A DNA stretch of 64,000 nt from Nitrospiraceae bacterium (GTDB lineage: Bacteria; Nitrospirota; Nitrospiria; Nitrospirales; Nitrospiraceae). The stretch lies in NCBI GenBank assembly GCA_037442105.1, contig JBBIQV010000010.1:1-64000 (forward strand), in the 5' to 3' direction. Each line of letters starts with the position of its first letter. Within the stretch, counting starts at the first letter, position 1. A program made the position numbers and the translations under genes. The notes beneath the pieces are model-generated. The model did not search any database, was not told the DNA's origin, and was given only the letters and a program-made list of their open reading frames with translations. Below, piece after piece: positions 39,049 through 48,699 of the stretch.

Positions 39049-40047
39049 ATGGAAATCCGTTTTCAGCCGGCCCTCCTTCAGGAAGTCATCGACACGTTTA
39101 TCGAAAAGACCGAGCGCGAGGGAGACCCTACCTATTATAAGGAGTTCCACGAACTCGCCGATCCTATCTATGAGAAGTTCACGTTAGACGATCGCGAAAG
39201 CGAGTTCAAGAAACTATACCAGTATCTTTTCGGCATTTGGGGATTCTCGGACATCATTCGGGATGCGTTCCTGGAATATCCGGCGCTCAAGGAAAAGATC
39301 GGCATCGTCCTCGTAAAGGGTGTGCTGAAGGAAGATCAGGAGGGCGTGGATATTCTCCGGAAGTGGGGGTCCGTCGAGCACGATCTGGCGAAACAGTTTG
39401 AGGAGAAAGGACTCAAGGGTGTCGGGATTAAGCTGATCCCGCGCCGCTTCTACGATCCAGCCCTCACGCGCTACTGCCGTCACGAACTCATGCACATCTC
39501 CGACATGCTGGATCCGGCCTTCGGATACGATCCCGACACGAAAGTCGGTCTGAACCCGGGCGAAGAGACGCTGATTCTCCATCGCTACCGCATCCTCTGG
39601 TGTCTCAGCATCGACAGCCGGCTCAAGGCGGCGGGGAAAGAATCGATGCTCAACAAGGAGGACCGGTTCAAGGAATTTCGGTCATGGTATCGGAAAATTC
39701 CGCCGCTTCAGCTCAAATCGGTGTTTGAAGGGTTGTGGCAGACGGAATTGTTTTCGCATTCCGAGTTGATCGAGATGGCGACGGACACGCTGCGGGTCAT
39801 GGACCGCGCCGTTGACGTTGAAGGCGGCGAAGTTCCCGAAGTCCAGAACAAGATCATGCTCATGCCAGGATTTCCTTGCCCGCTGTGCCGATTTCCAACC
39901 TACTCCTGGGTGGAGGACCTTGAGAATAAGGTCGAGAAGTATGTGCTGGACTTCATCCGCGAAAATCATCCCGGCTGGGATGTCGAATTCGGGGCCTGTG
40001 ACCGGTGCGTCGAAGTTTATAAACTTCGCGCTGATGGCGTGATGTAA
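39049..40047 (+). CDS. Conserved hypothetical protein with HExxH and C-terminal CxxC..CxxC
   Basis: 'RHELMHISD'; 'CPLC' and 'CDRC'. Confidence 0.7.
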   Translation: MEIRFQPALLQEVIDTFIEKTEREGDPTYYKEFHELADPIYEKFTLDDRESEFKKLYQYLFGIWGFSDIIRDAFLEYPALKEKIGIVLVKGVLKEDQEGVDILRKWGSVEHDLAKQFEEKGLKGVGIKLIPRRFYDPALTRYCRHELMHISDMLDPAFGYDPDTKVGLNPGEETLILHRYRILWCLSIDSRLKAAGKESMLNKEDRFKEFRSWYRKIPPLQLKSVFEGLWQTELFSHSELIEMATDTLRVMDRAVDVEGGEVPEVQNKIMLMPGFPCPLCRFPTYSWVEDLENKVEKYVLDFIRENHPGWDVEFGACDRCVEVYKLRADGVM

Positions 40048-40059
40048 AGCGAGCTTGCC

Positions 40060-40659
40060 GTGGCCTCCAATCCCCACTACGGGCGACGCGATTTTCTTAA
40101 AGACTCGGTCATCTCCGTCGCGAAGGCGGCCCACGAATTCATTAAAGAGAAAGACGCTTCCCCTGCGAAACAGGAGGTGCCGCCGCTTCGGACAGATTGG
40201 CTGCGGCCACCGGGAGCGGTGGTTGAGGCGCTATTCCTGGAACGCTGCACACGCTGTTCCGATTGCGCCAAGGCCTGTCCGTACGGAGCGATTTCATTCG
40301 ATCAGCGAGACGGCGCCCCGGTGATCTTTCCCGACCAGACTCCCTGTCATCTGTGCGACGATTTTCCATGCATTGCCGCGTGCGAGACCGATGCGTTGTT
40401 GCCGGTCGAGAGCCGACGTGATGTGCGAATGGGCGTCGCCGTTGTATCGCACCGTCTCTGCACCGCGAACCAAGGTTGTCAGGCGTGCGTCTCTCGATGC
40501 CCCACGAATGCTTTGGGGATGGATTTCGATGCTCTTCGGCTCACCGTGTTGTCGGAACATTGTGTTGGGTGCGGGATGTGTGAGCAAATCTGCAAAACCG
40601 TGAACGACCACATCGCCATTCGCGTAGTTCCTGCACGGCATTTGGCTGCAACCGGCTGA
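40060..40659 (+). CDS. NapF/NapG/MauM-like polyferredoxin (4 x 4Fe-4S)
   Basis: GRRDFLK; 'LRPPGA'; four Cys clusters CTRCSDCAKACP, CHLC..CIAAC, C..CQACVSRCP, CVGCGMCEQIC. Confidence 0.88.
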   Translation: MASNPHYGRRDFLKDSVISVAKAAHEFIKEKDASPAKQEVPPLRTDWLRPPGAVVEALFLERCTRCSDCAKACPYGAISFDQRDGAPVIFPDQTPCHLCDDFPCIAACETDALLPVESRRDVRMGVAVVSHRLCTANQGCQACVSRCPTNALGMDFDALRLTVLSEHCVGCGMCEQICKTVNDHIAIRVVPARHLAATG

Positions 40660-40788
40660 TTCGTCATGATCACGGTGTTCACCGAAAAAAAGCTCTCAAG
40701 AGAAAAGTTCGCGTTGAGAGCGATGCGCTGATGAAGCAACTTGAAAATCAGCGACTTGCAATAAAGAGGCGCGGAGCGGAGTTCGTGC

Positions 40789-40817
40789 TTGACATCCTTT
40801 TTCCTTTTACCTATGAT
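40789..40817 (+). promoter_or_regulatory. Candidate sigma70 promoter
   Basis: TTGACA-N17-TATGAT. Confidence 0.7.
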
Positions 40818-40911
40818 ACCCCCGCCTGGGCCGAATGTTTGATGCGTGAAGCCGGTGTAGTGTGGGCACGGTAACCGGTGAATAGCGTCAAGTGTGGAGG
40901 CTGATGTTATT

Positions 40912-41889
40912 ATGACGACGAAACAGACAGTGCAGAATGCTTCGCTAGGTGCCGCCGCTGTCATTCCTCAACCCGTCGCGATAAAAGACTCTCCCGCTGT
41001 CGAACGAGCGCTGAATCGGAGCAAAATCTATCTGCTCCTTTCCTGGGCGTTGCTCTATCCCGAGGATGACGAATTTCTTGATTACCTTCAGTGTAGCGAG
41101 TTTGTCGAAGACGGGCGTGCTGCGCTGGAGGGGCTTCGTTCGGCGCTGGAAGGTGTCGGCGGAGAGCGGGCGAAACAGAAGATCGGCGCAATGCTGAAAC
41201 AATTCGACCACATTGATAAACTCGTGTCGGCCGAGTGCGTCAACTGGCAACTGAGCGATCTCCAAGCAGAGCATCGCCGGGTATTCAGTAATGTAATCAC
41301 CCTGGACTGCCCGCCCTACGAAACTCTTTTCGGCAACGACCACGTCTTTGCGCAGTCGCAGGTGATGGGAGACATTGCGGGGTTCTATAAAGCGTTTGGG
41401 GTAGAACTATCCAAAGATATTCATGAGCGCCTCGATCATTTGAGTGTCGAGTTTGAGTTCATGCATTTCCTGGCCTACAAGGAATCTTATTCGAGATGCC
41501 ATGATGGTGCCGACAAAACCGATATCGTAGTGGACGCTCAGAAGAAGTTTGTCAAGGATCATATCGGTCGGTGGGTACCGCTATTCTGTCGCATGCTGGC
41601 AAAAAAGGCTGACACCGGCTTGTTTAAGTTGATTGCCGATATGACGACCGACTGGATGGATTGCGAGACGGCGCTCTTGAGCGTGACCCCTCAACCGTAT
41701 TCAGAAGCCGAGTACCGGCCTGCCACGTTCAATGCGCCGGAGGGACAGACTTATGAGTGTGGGGCGCAGGACCAGGGCAACGAGTTGAGCATGTTGTTGA
41801 GCGAAGTGGGGGCGCAGTCGTTCATGGACACAAAGGATAAGGAAAAGGACAAAGAGAAGGAGGAGAGCGGGCCTGTCGGAACAGCCTAG
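40912..41889 (+). CDS. TorD/DmsD/NarJ-family molybdoenzyme maturation chaperone
   Basis: 'CPPYET', 'ERLDHLSVEFEFM', 'HIGRWVP'; GGAGG RBS before ATG 40912. Confidence 0.9.
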   Translation: MTTKQTVQNASLGAAAVIPQPVAIKDSPAVERALNRSKIYLLLSWALLYPEDDEFLDYLQCSEFVEDGRAALEGLRSALEGVGGERAKQKIGAMLKQFDHIDKLVSAECVNWQLSDLQAEHRRVFSNVITLDCPPYETLFGNDHVFAQSQVMGDIAGFYKAFGVELSKDIHERLDHLSVEFEFMHFLAYKESYSRCHDGADKTDIVVDAQKKFVKDHIGRWVPLFCRMLAKKADTGLFKLIADMTTDWMDCETALLSVTPQPYSEAEYRPATFNAPEGQTYECGAQDQGNELSMLLSEVGAQSFMDTKDKEKDKEKEESGPVGTA

Positions 41890-41989
41890 AGCTGGTCCCA
41901 TTTTTTGTGCGAGTTCGAGAGCAGAGGGTTGCAGCCATTATAAGGGGAGTCGTTCTAAATCCATTAATTTGAGAGGAGGGCATATTCGT

Positions 41990-42943
41990 ATGAGGCTGGC
42001 GCAGACACGCAACAAAAGCTTGGTGTTTGGCATTCTTCTCTCTGCCCTGGTTGTCGGCGTGATGCTGACGCTCGGGCAAGTGCCTCTGGCCGTAAGCCAG
42101 CCAGTCACGATCCCAGTGAAGGCGATTAAGGGCCCCATCCCGATGGATGGTGCCAACCCTATCTGGGAAGCCGTGCCTGGGGTGGTCGTGCCGCTCAGCG
42201 GACAGACGATCACTACGCCGATGCATCCGAACATTGCGGTGAAAGCGGTGTTTGTCAAGGCGATGACCAACGGAAAGGAACTTGGCTTCCGCCTTGAGTG
42301 GAACGATCAAACCAAAAACGATACCACGATCGGACCACAGGATTTCCGCGATCAGGCCGCCATTCAGTTCCCGGTCAACACGTCCGGCGCGCCCCCGTTC
42401 CAGTGCATGGGGCAGTCCGGTGGGACGGTCAATATTTGGCGTTGGAATGCCGAATGGCAGAAGGATCTCGGAAAGGATAGCGCGGGGTTATGGGATGTGG
42501 ACGATCAATACCCCGGCATCTTCTGGGACTACTACTTTGAAGAGCCGGCTGGCGGTGTGACCTATCCTGACCGGATCGGTCGGAGCCTTGGCCCCTTCAA
42601 TCCCGGCATCTGGTCCGGCAACATTATGTCCGACCCGACGCTTCGTGTGAGCTCAGTGGAAGATCTGAATGCGAACGGCTTCAGCACGCTGACGACCCAA
42701 GCGCACCAGGACGTGATCGGTAACGGTGTGTGGGAACCGTCCGGCTCAGTCAAGGGCGGTGGTTTCTCAGGTCCAACCTGGCGTACGGTCGTGAAGCGGA
42801 CGCTGGAGACCAGCGATGCGAACGACGTGCAATTCAAAGCGGGGGCTTCTGTTCCTGTGGCGTTTGCCGTCTGGGATGGAACCAACGTTGAGCGTAACGG
42901 CATGAAGGGCATCTCGACTTGGTTTACTCTCAAGCTGCCGTGA
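41990..42943 (+). CDS. nxrC: Ethylbenzene-dehydrogenase-gamma-like haem-b protein; candidate nitrite oxidoreductase gamma subunit
   Basis: 'FRLEWND.T', 'FRDQAAIQFP', 'CMGQ', 'AFAVWDG..ERNGMK'; directly after TorD chaperone. Confidence 0.8.
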   Translation: MRLAQTRNKSLVFGILLSALVVGVMLTLGQVPLAVSQPVTIPVKAIKGPIPMDGANPIWEAVPGVVVPLSGQTITTPMHPNIAVKAVFVKAMTNGKELGFRLEWNDQTKNDTTIGPQDFRDQAAIQFPVNTSGAPPFQCMGQSGGTVNIWRWNAEWQKDLGKDSAGLWDVDDQYPGIFWDYYFEEPAGGVTYPDRIGRSLGPFNPGIWSGNIMSDPTLRVSSVEDLNANGFSTLTTQAHQDVIGNGVWEPSGSVKGGGFSGPTWRTVVKRTLETSDANDVQFKAGASVPVAFAVWDGTNVERNGMKGISTWFTLKLP

Positions 42944-42981
42944 AAAGGTAGGGTATAGCGGTATAGAGGTTTCTCGGCTCC

Positions 42982-43044
42982 AGGAAAGCCCCGGGCTGAT
43001 CCACCTGTCAAGGTGGAGACGAACAGCTCGGGGCTTTCTCTTTT
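42982..43044 (+). terminator. Branched terminator-like hairpin
   Basis: GAAAGCCCCGGGCTG..CAGCTCGGGGCTTTC with inner TCCACC/GGTGGA stem, then T-run. Confidence 0.7.
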
Positions 43045-43186
43045 CGCTGGCTGCTTGCGATCTTATTGCGTCTGGTCTGAGCCGACTATGTGCAGAATGG
43101 CCGCCCGGCTGAGTGAGGGTTGCTTTTGGGCCTGACCGGAGTGTATAAACCAACGGCTACTGAGAAGATTCTCCTGAAATTCTCCC

Positions 43187-44968
43187 ATGAAGATTTCTCT
43201 CCTTTTCCCACCGACGTGGCATCCCTCGCAACCCTATTTGAGCCTGCCTTCCCTGACCGGTTTTCTTGCCCAGGCCGGTGTGACAAACGTGATCCAACGA
43301 GATATCGGGATTGAGCTCCTTGACTCTGTGCTTGCTCGCTCGTTTAGCGAAGATCTGTACTACCGGCTGACTGACAAGCGAAAAAAGCTTGAGCGTCAGC
43401 GGACGGGTGATACGGGCCACGCCAGTCACGAGCACTACGCCAGGTTGGTCGAATCCCTGGATCGGTTTCCTTACTTGGTTGATCAGATCGAGCCGGCAAA
43501 AAATACTCTTCGGGGGGACGGGTTCTATGACCTTGAGCAGTACCGGAATAGCCTCTTTCTTGTCGATAAGTGGTTGGAGGTGATCTCGACGCTCTACTTC
43601 CCTACTCGGATGACCGTGGTCGACAACCAATTCGGCAGCTATTCCCTCTATTCCTCGAAAGACCTTCTGAAGGCGATCCGTGATGAGGAGCAGAATCCCT
43701 ACATCGACTTCTTCCGTGAGCGATTTCTTCCCTCCATCATCGCAGAGCAACCTGATTTGATCGGCGTCTCGATCACAGCCACGTCGCAGATCATCCCAGG
43801 CCTCACGTTATGTCGGCTGCTCAAAGAGGCGGCGCCGGAGGTTCACTTGACCATTGGGGGCAGTATTTTCACCAGACTGGTGGATAACCTGCGCCGCTGC
43901 CCGAGTCTGTTTGATCTCACGGACGACTTCGTGGTTTTCGAAGGGGAGACGGCGCTGCTTGAATTGGTCAACCAACTGGCGGGCAAGCGGGACTTCAGCA
44001 AGGTCCCCAATCTCATCTATCGGCAGAACGGAAAGATCACCGTCAATCAGCCGTTTTACTCGGAGAATATCAATCAGCTCCCCGCGCCCAATTACGACGG
44101 CTTCCCGCTTGGGCGGTACCTCTCGCCGGAACCGGTGCTGCCGGTCCAGTTCTCCAGAGGCTGCTATTACAAGGATTGCGCGTTTTGCGCGCTGACGCTC
44201 GACCATCAAAACTTCAGACAAAAAGATCCAGGCCGAACCGTCGAAGAACTCGAGTGGCTCAAACAGCGGTATGGCGCCCAATTCTTCTTCTTTACGGATG
44301 AGTGTTTTGCGCTCTCGCCCACGAAGCGGCTATGCCAGCAGCTCATCAACCGGAACCTTAACGTTCAGTGGACGTGCGAGATGCGGTTTGAGAAGAACCT
44401 TACCCGGGATCTCTTGGCCTTGATGAAGGAGGCGGGGTGCTTAAAGATCGTCTTTGGGCTGGAGTCCTTCAACCAGCGCGTGATGGACTTCATGAAGAAG
44501 GGTATCAAGCAGGAGAGCGTCCGCCGGATCACCGAAGATTGCGTCGATCTTGGTCTCGCCGTGCATTGCTACATCATCGTTGGATTCCCGACCGAACGGG
44601 AAGAGGAAGCGCTGGAGACCATGAATTTCATCGTGGAGAACGAGCGTCTCCACGGCTCATTCGGGTTCTCCTGTCAGCCCTGTTTGTTCGACTTGGAGAA
44701 GGAAGCGCCCATCATGAGCGATCCCGCCGGTTACGGGATCAGGCGCATCATGCGCCCCTCGGCCGAGGACCTGAGTCTGGGATTCTTTTACGAAGTGCAG
44801 GAAGGGATGACTCCCGATCAGGCGGAGACGCTGTACCAGTATGTCTATGGGAAGATCAGCGAAGTCGTCTGCGAACTACCCTTCAATTATTCCATGGCGG
44901 ACGGGCTACTTTATATCGCCAGAGCCAAAGCCCAGGCCAGCCAAGTTCCCCAACCGACCGGCTTGTGA
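43187..44968 (+). CDS. B12-binding radical SAM protein
   Basis: 'PYLSLPSL', B12 domain 'PDLIGVS..TIGG..FEGE', 'RGCYYKDCAFC'. Confidence 0.9.
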   Translation: MKISLLFPPTWHPSQPYLSLPSLTGFLAQAGVTNVIQRDIGIELLDSVLARSFSEDLYYRLTDKRKKLERQRTGDTGHASHEHYARLVESLDRFPYLVDQIEPAKNTLRGDGFYDLEQYRNSLFLVDKWLEVISTLYFPTRMTVVDNQFGSYSLYSSKDLLKAIRDEEQNPYIDFFRERFLPSIIAEQPDLIGVSITATSQIIPGLTLCRLLKEAAPEVHLTIGGSIFTRLVDNLRRCPSLFDLTDDFVVFEGETALLELVNQLAGKRDFSKVPNLIYRQNGKITVNQPFYSENINQLPAPNYDGFPLGRYLSPEPVLPVQFSRGCYYKDCAFCALTLDHQNFRQKDPGRTVEELEWLKQRYGAQFFFFTDECFALSPTKRLCQQLINRNLNVQWTCEMRFEKNLTRDLLALMKEAGCLKIVFGLESFNQRVMDFMKKGIKQESVRRITEDCVDLGLAVHCYIIVGFPTEREEEALETMNFIVENERLHGSFGFSCQPCLFDLEKEAPIMSDPAGYGIRRIMRPSAEDLSLGFFYEVQEGMTPDQAETLYQYVYGKISEVVCELPFNYSMADGLLYIARAKAQASQVPQPTGL

Positions 44969-45010
44969 TGGAGAGCGGGTGTGAAGAACGTTGCGCGAAC
45001 GGACGCCGCA

Positions 45011-45040
45011 TTGACCGTCTTTTTCGTCGGCAGCTATAAT
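45011..45040 (+). promoter_or_regulatory. Candidate sigma70 promoter
   Basis: TTGACC-N18-TATAAT. Confidence 0.55.
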
Positions 45041-45087
45041 GTTTTTTCGTACGACAGTGTCGCCGGCGAGGAGAAGGGAGAGAGCGT

Positions 45088-46209
45088 GTGCAGGTAGCAC
45101 GCACCACAGCCGACAAAATGCTGGGTCGGGTCGAGGACCATGGGTTGCTCTTCGAGTACACCATCAAGCTGGTGTTGCTTGCCGGGTTCTTTGAACTCGT
45201 GCTGTATCGGCTGGTTTCCCGGCTCGGCATGCACCTGAGCAAGGTGGCCGAAAAACATGAGTGGATCAGAGTCACGTTTAAGACATTGTCTGCCATCGGG
45301 TTCGCGCTGTTGAACATCGTGTCGATTTTTGTGTTCCTTGCGCTGATCGTTCTATTGTTCAACAAAATCGCCACCCGCGACCTGTCGGGCTGGAGCAAAG
45401 TGTCGGTCCCCAGTATCGCGCTGCTGTTGCTCCTGACCATCGGTTTCTTGATCGTCCCTCCGGCGATGCTGGGGTCTATTGTGTATAACCTCCTGGCCTT
45501 CGTCGCCCTGACGTGGCTCGTTCTCGAATATCTGGCTGGTCATCAAGAATGGTCTCATCGGGTCCTGGCGGCGACCTACTTTCTCGGCATCTCGGGGTGG
45601 CTTTATTACCAAACTCTCTCGACATCCTACGGGCTCATGGGAATTCTCGCGTCGCCTCCGCTGGTCCACGAAGTTAATCGGGCCGGCGAGGCCTTCATGG
45701 TCCTGGCGAGTATTCTCGTGTTCTGGGCCTACGGCAGAGGCGTCTCCGTGCGCACGCGAAATAAACGGCAACGTCGGCGAGCCTTGTGGTTCTGGTCGGT
45801 CGCAGGCGCGTTATTCACGATGCTGCTCTTCATGGATTATGTGTTGGAGTTGTATGATCCTGCCCTGGCGCAATCCGTCCGAAAGGGAGGCGAGGGAATC
45901 AGTTGGATTTTCCAGATGGGGATGGGGTACACGTTCTATCTTCCCTTTGCATTCTATGTCACAGGGCTGCTCTGTTGGTCGTACACGGTCATCAAGCTGA
46001 TCACCATGGGGCGCTTAGCCGGGTATGGATTGGGGTTGATGTTCATCGCCGGCTATGCGCTACAGCTCTCGCATTTGACGTTGATGGTGATCCTTGGCCT
46101 GATGCTCCTGAACGCGGATCGGCGCCGTGTGGTGCCGGTCGCGGTGGACGCTGTTGCGGAGTCTCCGTTGGTGGGCGCTCCGCAATCGCTGGCGAGTGAA
46201 CAAACGTAA
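45088..46209 (+). CDS. Hypothetical polytopic membrane protein
   Basis: About 10 hydrophobic segments. Confidence 0.7.
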   Translation: MQVARTTADKMLGRVEDHGLLFEYTIKLVLLAGFFELVLYRLVSRLGMHLSKVAEKHEWIRVTFKTLSAIGFALLNIVSIFVFLALIVLLFNKIATRDLSGWSKVSVPSIALLLLLTIGFLIVPPAMLGSIVYNLLAFVALTWLVLEYLAGHQEWSHRVLAATYFLGISGWLYYQTLSTSYGLMGILASPPLVHEVNRAGEAFMVLASILVFWAYGRGVSVRTRNKRQRRRALWFWSVAGALFTMLLFMDYVLELYDPALAQSVRKGGEGISWIFQMGMGYTFYLPFAFYVTGLLCWSYTVIKLITMGRLAGYGLGLMFIAGYALQLSHLTLMVILGLMLLNADRRRVVPVAVDAVAESPLVGAPQSLASEQT

Positions 46210-46234
46210 CCATTGACACAGGTAGGTTGACGCC

Positions 46235-47047
46235 ATGGAAGAGCAGAAGCGGGCGATGGTAGGTGAACAGGGCGGGGCGGTCGTCGATCAGGATGAACAG
46301 CCCCTTCCTCCGGAAGAAGAAATCGCAGAACTGGAGAAGTTTCTCGCGGCGGAGCCGGATGATTTTCAGGCCCGATGCCGGCTCGGAGAACTCTATTTCA
46401 GCAAAGGCCGGCTGGACGATGCCCTTGTTGAAGTCAAGAAGGCGATCGAGATGGCCGAAGGACTTCGCACGGAGATGAACCGCTCCCTGGCCATGTATTA
46501 CTCGAACCTCGGCACCATCTATGCGACGAAAGGGATGATGGAGGAGGCACAAGCCGAGTTCAATCGCGCGCTCGAGGTGTTCCCTCACGATGTCCTGGCC
46601 CTTTTCAACCTGGGACGCGTCTGCGCGGAGAAGCGGCAATACATGGAGGCGCGACAGTTTTTTGAACGGTTGATCGAGGTCACACCGGAAGATCCGATCG
46701 CCTGGTACAACCTCGGCGGGGTCTATGTGGAGCTCGATAACCCTCAGGTCTCGGACTACAACACGATGGACATGGCTATCCAATGTTATCTAAAGACGCT
46801 GGAGATCGACCCCAAGCACCTCGATTGCAGTTTCAAACTCATGGAGATCGCGCTCAACCACAAGAAAACGGATTTGGCGATCAAGGTCATGGAAAGCGCC
46901 GTCGAGCACAATCCCGACGAGCCGCTGGCTTATTACAATCTGATCAGTGTGTACGACAAGTGTAAGATGTTCGAGCCGGCCGAAGAGGCGAGACGGCGGC
47001 TCAAAGAGCGATTTGCGAAGAAAGCGAAAGAAGGACAAGCAAGCTGA
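46235..47047 (+). CDS. TPR-repeat protein
   Basis: 'YSNLGTIY..EEA..FNRAL', 'AWYNLG' TPR motifs. Confidence 0.9.
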   Translation: MEEQKRAMVGEQGGAVVDQDEQPLPPEEEIAELEKFLAAEPDDFQARCRLGELYFSKGRLDDALVEVKKAIEMAEGLRTEMNRSLAMYYSNLGTIYATKGMMEEAQAEFNRALEVFPHDVLALFNLGRVCAEKRQYMEARQFFERLIEVTPEDPIAWYNLGGVYVELDNPQVSDYNTMDMAIQCYLKTLEIDPKHLDCSFKLMEIALNHKKTDLAIKVMESAVEHNPDEPLAYYNLISVYDKCKMFEPAEEARRRLKERFAKKAKEGQAS

Positions 47048-47074
47048 ACACTGTTCTTTACCAAGGAGTACACC

Positions 47075-47368
47075 ATGTTTGGAAGTCTTGGGTTTACTGA
47101 GCTGATCCTGATCCTGGTCATCGTGTTGATCATCTTCGGCGCGGGCAAGCTCCCCCAGTTGGGAGAAGGCTTGGGGAAAGCGATCAAAGGCTTTAAGAAA
47201 TCGGTCCACGAAGCCGACCAGATCGAAGCCGAAGCTCAGGCGCAAGCGCAGGCGCAGCAACAAGCGAGCGCCGCGCAGCCGCAAGCCCTACCGCCTCAAT
47301 CTATGCCGGCCACCGCTCCCGTGGCGGACCCTGCAACAGCCGCCGTCCACTCAGTGCCCAGGGGGTAA
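47075..47368 (+). CDS. tatA: Twin-arginine translocase TatA/E
   Basis: '[35 protein letters not shown]'. Confidence 0.95.
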   Translation: MFGSLGFTELILILVIVLIIFGAGKLPQLGEGLGKAIKGFKKSVHEADQIEAEAQAQAQAQQQASAAQPQALPPQSMPATAPVADPATAAVHSVPRG

Positions 47369-48667
47369 GTGGTCGAGGACCATCGCGCAGCGGATCATTC
47401 GACAGGGATGCTCATGGAGACGGACGTTCAACTTTCCTGCGGTTACATCGAAACGTTCGGCGGCAACGGGAAAGCCCGGAGCACGGGTGACGGCAAGCGC
47501 GCCGTGAAGTCCGGTATTCCGCTGCCGCATCACGCCGCGTTGGATAAAGAGGAACGGTGGCTCTATTTTGCCGAATCCGGCTCGGATCGGGTCCGGCGAA
47601 TCAATCTCGAAGAAGGCACGCTTCACAACTACGCCGGGATCGGCGAGACGTGTTACAGCGGCGATTCGGGTCCCTGCGGCGAAGCCGGTCTCTATCTCCC
47701 TCTGGATGTCGCCTTCGACTCCAACAACGACCTCTACATTTGTGATTCCGGCAGCAATCGCATCAGGAAAGTCGACCGCGAAACCGGTGTCATCACGACG
47801 GTGGTTGGAACCGGCCAACACGGCTTCAATGGAGACGGTCCTGCGTTGGAGGTCAACCTCACATGGCCGGCAGCGATCGCCTTCGACAAAGACGACGTCC
47901 TGTACATCGCCGATACCCAGGCGCACCGCGTTCGCCGGTACGATCCGAAAACGGGGATGGTCTCGACCATTGCGGGCACTTGGTCGGCGGACGACGACGC
48001 GCGCGAGCAGCCGCTGGTCGCGAGGAATCTTGTGGTGCTGTCCGGGGATGCTATCGGAATCGATTTCAGCGACGATCATGGGTGGCTGATGCCGGTCTGT
48101 TCGGATGGACTCGACTTGTCTCTCTACCTCGACGATGGCCGGACCGCCCTCGATGCCAGATTGTACGACCTCGTCGGGATCGCCGTGGATAGCAAAGGGG
48201 ATGTCTATGTCGTGGACAAAGGCAGCAACCGTGTGCGGAAAATAGACCGGCAGTCGGGCCTGATCTCGACTATGGCCGGGGTCTGCCGATACGGGTACGA
48301 TGGAGACGGCAAGCCCGCAATCAAAGCCATGCTCCATGCTCCCGAAGCGGTCGTGTTCGATCTGCAGGACAATATGTACATCTCCGACACGATGAATCAC
48401 CGCGTCCGCAAGGTCGATGCGAAGACCGGCATGATCACCACCGTGGCCGGGAACGGCGATAGCGGCTACGAGGATAAGAATATGGGCGGCTGTGGGGCCG
48501 CGCGATTCGTCGCCAAAGAATCGGCGGGCGCCTTGAAGCACGGTGACGGATTGCTCGCCGTCGAGGCCGTGGTCAATTCCCCTGTCGGGCTCGCCCTCGA
48601 TTCGCGAGGGCACCTCTATATTTGCGAGCGAGGGGAGAACAAGATTCGCCGCGTGAAGTTGTGGTAA
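47369..48667 (+). CDS. NHL-repeat beta-propeller protein (start may be 47408)
   Basis: Repeats 'A.D..G.LYI.D..N.R.RKVD..TG.ITT.AG.G..GY.GDG'. Confidence 0.88.
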   Translation: MVEDHRAADHSTGMLMETDVQLSCGYIETFGGNGKARSTGDGKRAVKSGIPLPHHAALDKEERWLYFAESGSDRVRRINLEEGTLHNYAGIGETCYSGDSGPCGEAGLYLPLDVAFDSNNDLYICDSGSNRIRKVDRETGVITTVVGTGQHGFNGDGPALEVNLTWPAAIAFDKDDVLYIADTQAHRVRRYDPKTGMVSTIAGTWSADDDAREQPLVARNLVVLSGDAIGIDFSDDHGWLMPVCSDGLDLSLYLDDGRTALDARLYDLVGIAVDSKGDVYVVDKGSNRVRKIDRQSGLISTMAGVCRYGYDGDGKPAIKAMLHAPEAVVFDLQDNMYISDTMNHRVRKVDAKTGMITTVAGNGDSGYEDKNMGGCGAARFVAKESAGALKHGDGLLAVEAVVNSPVGLALDSRGHLYICERGENKIRRVKLW

Positions 48668-48699
48668 AGTTCAAAGGTACGGTCGTTCGAGGCCTGTGC

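Noticed and set aside
44155..44190. Cx4Cx2C instead of Cx3Cx2C in the radical SAM protein
   Set aside because: This spacing is common in B12-binding radical SAM subfamilies, so it is not novel in itself.
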